Shown: positions 59,897-64,000 of the stretch, piece by piece
Layout of the letters: the number at the start of each line of letters is the position of its first letter
Position numbering within the stretch: position 1 is the stretch's first letter
DNA from: an uncultured virus (IMG/VR IMGVR_UViG_3300020727_000014)
Lineage: Duplodnaviria; Heunggongvirae; Uroviricota; Caudoviricetes
Virus record (IMG/VR): IMGVR_UViG_3300020727_000014
Length of the DNA stretch: 64,000 nucleotides
Strand: one strand, 5' to 3'
Translations under genes and position numbers: made by a program
The notes under the pieces: generated by a model
Told to the model about the DNA's origin: nothing
The model's database searches: none
The model's input: the letters and a program-made list of their open reading frames with translations, nothing else

Positions 59897-60747
59897 CTCT
59901 CTTTACGCTGTTAAGACATCATACGGAACTGAAGATAAATCGACATTAACTTCGACAGCACCTTCGCCTTCAAGGAAAAGATACCATCCTTCCGGATGAA
60001 CTTCATCTTCACCAGCAAACATTATTCCACCAGTGTGGTAAGAAACTGAACAGCCTTTTAAATCTTCTAATTTTATCAACATTTTATTCTCTCCGGAATG
60101 GTATATTTTAATACAAAAAAACTTTATTTGAGATTAATTTATCTCGATACGATACAATAACATGTTCTTTTATGTTATCCGATTCGGGGACAACAAGATA
60201 CTGCATTTTCTCTAATCCATATTCCCAGAAGACAGTATCGAGCAACATGTTCCAAGTTTTTTCTGAGATACCACCAAATTTGCTTTTTCGTAATTTTATT
60301 TCTTTGCCTGTCATCATCTTGTCTAAGATAACCTTTGCCGTTGAATATTTCATTTTCATCTCTCTTTATTAATTAGTATGATTTATTATATCTAATCTAA
60401 TGGAAAGAATCAAGCACTTTGCTGTACTTTAAAACCTTGGTTTCCCATCAAGAAGTTCTTTTATTTCTTTTGATACAATTTCGTATCCATAACCAACGTT
60501 CTGATCGAATTCACTTCCTTGATACCTTGATTGTATTCTAAGATCAAGTTCGGTAAGATATTGTTCTATCAATTTCACTTTAGTATAATCATTCATCTTA
60601 ATACCCATCCCCATATACTTGTTATAAACCTCATAAACTTTAATCATTGCTTATCTCTCTTAATTTCAAAGTATGATTAATTATACCTTAACGAATAGAA
60701 AGAATCAAGCACTTTGTTGAAAGTTTTTTGAAAAGAAAGGACGCGGG

Positions 60748-60775
60748 AAAAAAAGACCGGATGTTTATTCCGGTC
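60748..60775 (-). terminator. intrinsic terminator
   Basis: Minus strand GACCGGA-loop-TCCGGTC followed by T7. Confidence 0.85.
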
Positions 60776-61195
60776 AGATATCACATCAGGAGAGATGTTA
60801 GGATTGAACGATAAACTAGTGGAGAGAGGTCACTGTTAGTTGTTTATCATTCAGTAAAGGAATAGGTTATTTGTTAAATTTCCCGTCTGCAAGAGGAAAT
60901 TATTGCTTCTACAACCAAACACCCTAAAAAGCCTTACATGGCTTCCGGAAAAAAAACGGAGGTAAATCATCAACAAGGAGAGAGTCTTTTTAATGATTTA
61001 CCAGAGGGGATGTAAACATCCCAATATGAGTCAAATTAGACTCAAAACGAGACCACTGCACCTCGTGAGAGAGAACAAGATACAATGGCTCAGGTTTTGC
61101 AAGAAAACATCTGGAGAGAGTCAGGTGTCCTCTTGCTATAAAAACTGGAGCAAATATCATAAGGAGAGAGACTTAATCAATAGCTCAACAGTTAA
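60748..61195 (-). ncRNA. novel multi-hairpin RNA with six CUCUC-rich loops
   Basis: No credible ORF; series of hairpins with loops UCUCUCUC/ACUCUCUC/ACCUCUCUC/UCUCCU; G-U pairs favour the minus strand; ends at a terminator. Confidence 0.75.
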
Positions 61196-61203
61196 TTATT
61201 CAG

Positions 61204-62163
61204 TTACTTTAGCATAACAGTTTTTGCTAATTTTTTCCAATCATTTCTATTCATGGTATAAAGAACAGCCAATTTTTCAACAGCCCTTAGAGATAATTCT
61301 TTCATTTTATCAGAATTTTCCTCAATAAAGTTAATCAATATTTGATCTTCTTCAGGAGAAATGCCTTTATCCCTAAGCATACCTTTATTAACTGTTTGTT
61401 TAATTTTCGTAATAAATTCCCGTTTGGTTTTAATTTTCATGTCCAACACTAGAGAACGTGATTCAAGAGCCGAAAGGTGAGGAGCATATTTTGTGTTACC
61501 ATTCGCCATTTCAGAGAAATTAAGGTTAGTCAAGAAAATAATATTGCCTTCATATTGAAAGTATCTAGGAATTTGTTCACCAAAGTCATCAAAGAATTCT
61601 TTCTCAGAACCCCAACCAATTGTCCTAGATGGTTTTAATTCTAATGCAGCTTTTAATAAATTCAAAGCAATTTCATCACCAAAGATGGCATCAGAATCAT
61701 CAATAACAATTGTTTGACCAAGTAATTTATTTTCCCATAAGAGACGGAAAAGACCAGTGGCTTTAAGAAAACCTCTATGAAAGATATAACCAAACTCCGA
61801 ACCATTATTGATTTGGTTTAAGATTTTATTTACTTCATACGACTTACCTAATCCTGGAGCACCAGAACAAATAAGACTGTTCACTTTATTGGCTGCCACT
61901 GCTTCTACAAGTGTATCAAGGGTTGTATAGGTATCTTCAATCCTTTGATTAAGGTCTGCATCTGATTCTTCAATCATAGGAGAATCAATTTCCAGATCAA
62001 CAGAAAATTTAAACACACCACGTTTCAGGGCATTTTGTTGATTACAGATGTGATTAGGATAGGTTGTTTGGTATTTAGAGACAACATCATTAATTTGTCG
62101 TCTAGTGATATAACCAAGTTCAGCAACTTCAGGAAACATTTCAACAGCATTCAATTCAAACAT
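61204..62163 (-). CDS. AAA+ family P-loop ATPase
   Basis: Walker A GAPGLGKS, Walker B IVIDDSD, LNLLKAAL, IIFLTN, AL.SR. Confidence 0.85.
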   Translation of the reverse strand: MFELNAVEMFPEVAELGYITRRQINDVVSKYQTTYPNHICNQQNALKRGVFKFSVDLEIDSPMIEESDADLNQRIEDTYTTLDTLVEAVAANKVNSLICSGAPGLGKSYEVNKILNQINNGSEFGYIFHRGFLKATGLFRLLWENKLLGQTIVIDDSDAIFGDEIALNLLKAALELKPSRTIGWGSEKEFFDDFGEQIPRYFQYEGNIIFLTNLNFSEMANGNTKYAPHLSALESRSLVLDMKIKTKREFITKIKQTVNKGMLRDKGISPEEDQILINFIEENSDKMKELSLRAVEKLAVLYTMNRNDWKKLAKTVMLK

Positions 62164-62708
62164 AAATTATTTCTCTCTCAATTTAGTATATCTTATTATA
62201 ATATTATTGATTTAAAGTGTCAAGCACTTTGTTGCACTTTATGCGAGTTCTTCTACTGAAAGAATATCAACATTACCTAATCTGAATAATGCAATCTCTT
62301 TTGCTTCTTCAGCAGTAAATGCCTTAACATAATCATATTTTACTTCAATTTCTTTTTTAAAGAAGTAATCAAATTGTTCGTATTCAACTTCGTAATTTTT
62401 AATTTGATTCATTTTTCTTTTTGCTCCCTATTCACCGGCATAATCAAAATAATTACAAATAAAATCAATACCAGTGCCTTCAACCGGAACGTAGATATCA
62501 CTCCATTCTGGAGCAGAGTAAAATTGTACTCCACTAACACCTTTCTCGCACGGAGTTGAAATTGCAACATCATACTTTTCTAATAAGATTTTTAATTCTT
62601 CTTTAAATTGTTCTTGTCTAGTCATTTTAATTCTCTCTCTATCAATTAAGTATAAGTTATTATAATCTAAGTGCTTAGAAGAATCAAGCACTTTGTTGCT
62701 CTTTTATT

Positions 62709-62784
62709 TGGAGCCACTGAGAGAACTCGAATCCCCAACCTTCTGATTACAAATCAGACGCACTACCAATTGTGCTACAGTGGC
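62709..62784 (-). tRNA. tRNA-Thr(TGT)
   Basis: Cloverleaf GCCACTG.../CAGTGGC-T-CCA; anticodon arm TCTGA-TTTGTAA-TCAGA. Confidence 0.92.
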
Positions 62785-62788
62785 AAAT

Positions 62789-62950
62789 TAAATAAGTTAT
62801 TGTTCTCAATCGGAGTCGAACCGATGTTTCTCAACTAGAGTGTCCTAGCCCAAACTAGACGACAGAAATAAATCTCCGATGGGATTTGAACCCATGTTTC
62901 TCAATTAGAGCGTCCTAAGCCTCTAGACGATAAGAGCAATAACTTATTTA
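62789..62950 (-). ncRNA. tandem double tRNA-like RNA (Glu-like D-arms, truncated anticodon arms, swapped acceptor stems)
   Basis: Two D-arm/T-arm units; ~20-bp closing stem; no CCA; begins just downstream of a TATAAT -10 (62955-62960). Confidence 0.7.
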
Positions 62951-63479
62951 AATTATTATACTTTAATCAGATGTATTTGTTAACCACTTTTTTACATCTT
63001 TTATAAACTTTTTTCGATTCGAACACTTTCGGTTTGTTATATTTCCAAGCATGTTTAGCGGTTAAGTTATTCATTTCAGTTCTCTCTTTGGGTATTGCTG
63101 TTTAATTATACAACTTCTCTTTCTATATAATAGAATTCAGACTCATACCTCCACTGTGTAAAAGTATATGCGGTCTGCTCATCTTCAAAAGTACCTGCGA
63201 TTTTTGGTTCTTCCATGTAAGAATCATCATAATACATTACATTATAAACATATTTCTCTTTATTCATATTATATAATTCTCTCTATCAATTAAGTATAAG
63301 TTATTATATATAAGATAGAGAGAAATATCAAGCACTTTGTTTAAAAAAATTAGAGAGCAAATTTGAGGACTCTTACCCCATAAATAGATTTATGTAGGAC
63401 AGCTAGGTTAATCCGTAGCCAAGTTGGGAAATGCTAGTAACATTTTCCTAACTACATCGATTTATACAAAATCAAATTT

Positions 63480-63555
63480 TGGAGCGGACGATCGGGTATG
63501 ATCCGACAACATTCTGATTGGAAATCAGACACTCTACCAATTGAGTTACGTCCGC
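63480..63555 (-). tRNA. tRNA-Gly(TCC) with non-canonical T-loop
   Basis: GCGGACG.../CGTCCGC-T-CCA; anticodon arm TCTGA-TTTCCAA-TCAGA; T-loop ATCATAC. Confidence 0.9.
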
Positions 63556-63654
63556 ATAATTTTGGTATCTCAGTGAGGACTCTTACCCCATCTTTTAATC
63601 CAAGCCTAGACACCAACTTGGAGATGCTTTCTAATGGTTGATCAGACCAACATT

Positions 63655-63705
63655 TGAAGTTCCTACAGGATTCGAACCCATAATACCACAGTCAAAGTGT
63701 AGTAT
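63655..63705 (-). pseudogene. 3' portion of a tRNA-Gln(TTG) lacking D-arm and 5' acceptor strand
   Basis: ATACTACA-CTTTGAC-TGTGGTAT then ATGGG-TTCGAAT-CCTGT; promoter -10 at 63712-63717. Confidence 0.65.
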
Positions 63706-63790
63706 GTTAATATTATACAGTCGGTTTTACCTTTTGTCAACCCTTTTTAAATTTCTTTTTATCTGATACCTGTAATACCATATTGTTCTT

Positions 63791-64000
63791 CTAAGAAGAA
63801 CAATGTTCTTCTGCCCATTCAACTCCTTCCCAGAACATTTTTTGCTGTTCTATTTTCAAGGTATCCATTTTTGCATCCATTACCTCATAACTCATTTGCA
63901 CAGGTAATGCAATTTCAGCAAATTTGATATACTTATTTTGTATATCATGAATATTTTTCCAGGCAGATTCACACCATTCGATATCCCAACCTAAATCAGT
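63791..64000 (-). CDS. hypothetical protein (5' truncated by window edge)
   Basis: Open frame ..TDLGWDIEWCESAWKNIHDIQNKYIKFAEIA...SS*. Confidence 0.6.
   Translation of the reverse strand, partial: TDLGWDIEWCESAWKNIHDIQNKYIKFAEIALPVQMSYEVMDAKMDTLKIEQQKMFWEGVEWAEEHCSS

Noticed and set aside
60780..61195. Plus-strand CsrB/RsmZ-like GGA sponge
   Set aside because: GGA motifs are present, but G-U pairing, terminator polarity and the upstream gene all favour the minus strand; kept only as an alternative
60993..61217. 74-aa plus-strand ORF
   Set aside because: Antisense to the local transcription direction and lies across the hairpin RNA; no recognisable protein features
62626..62691. N-terminal extension of ORF 62428-62691
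   Set aside because: Overlaps the promoter and leader; the real start is probably the ATG at 62625 (MTRQEQF), matching the paralog at 59647

Overview
AT-rich 64-kb segment of a large T4-like (jumbo myovirus-type) phage genome, probably infecting a gammaproteobacterium (inferred from the GroEL sequence and the tmRNA tag). Positions 1-17.7 kb and 30.9-33.0 kb are late/structural modules preceded by T4-type TATAAATA late promoters. They hold three RCC1-repeat propeller genes, a sulfotransferase/glycosyltransferase/methyltransferase/2OG-oxygenase cluster, tail fibres, a GH19 endolysin and a nuclease. The rest is mostly minus-strand: groES/groEL, an exonuclease, DNA ligase, and many small early genes driven by about 25 copies of an AAGTGCTTGA-N-TATAAT sigma70-like promoter. 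It also carries a GIY-YIG/NUMOD3 endonuclease and an intact IS605-type TnpA/TnpB element whose empty site can be reconstructed. The most unusual content is non-coding RNA. (1) A ~450-nt minus-strand RNA (60748-61195) has six hairpins displaying CUCUC-rich loops complementary to the atypical GAGAGAG ribosome-binding sites of the phage's own early genes, a candidate multivalent antisense translational switch. (2) A circularly permuted two-piece tmRNA. (3) A head-to-tail double tRNA-like RNA with swapped acceptor stems and shrunken anticodon arms. (4) Other tRNA-like fragments beside tRNA-Thr and tRNA-Gly. All calls come from reading the sequence; no database searches or folding programs were run.
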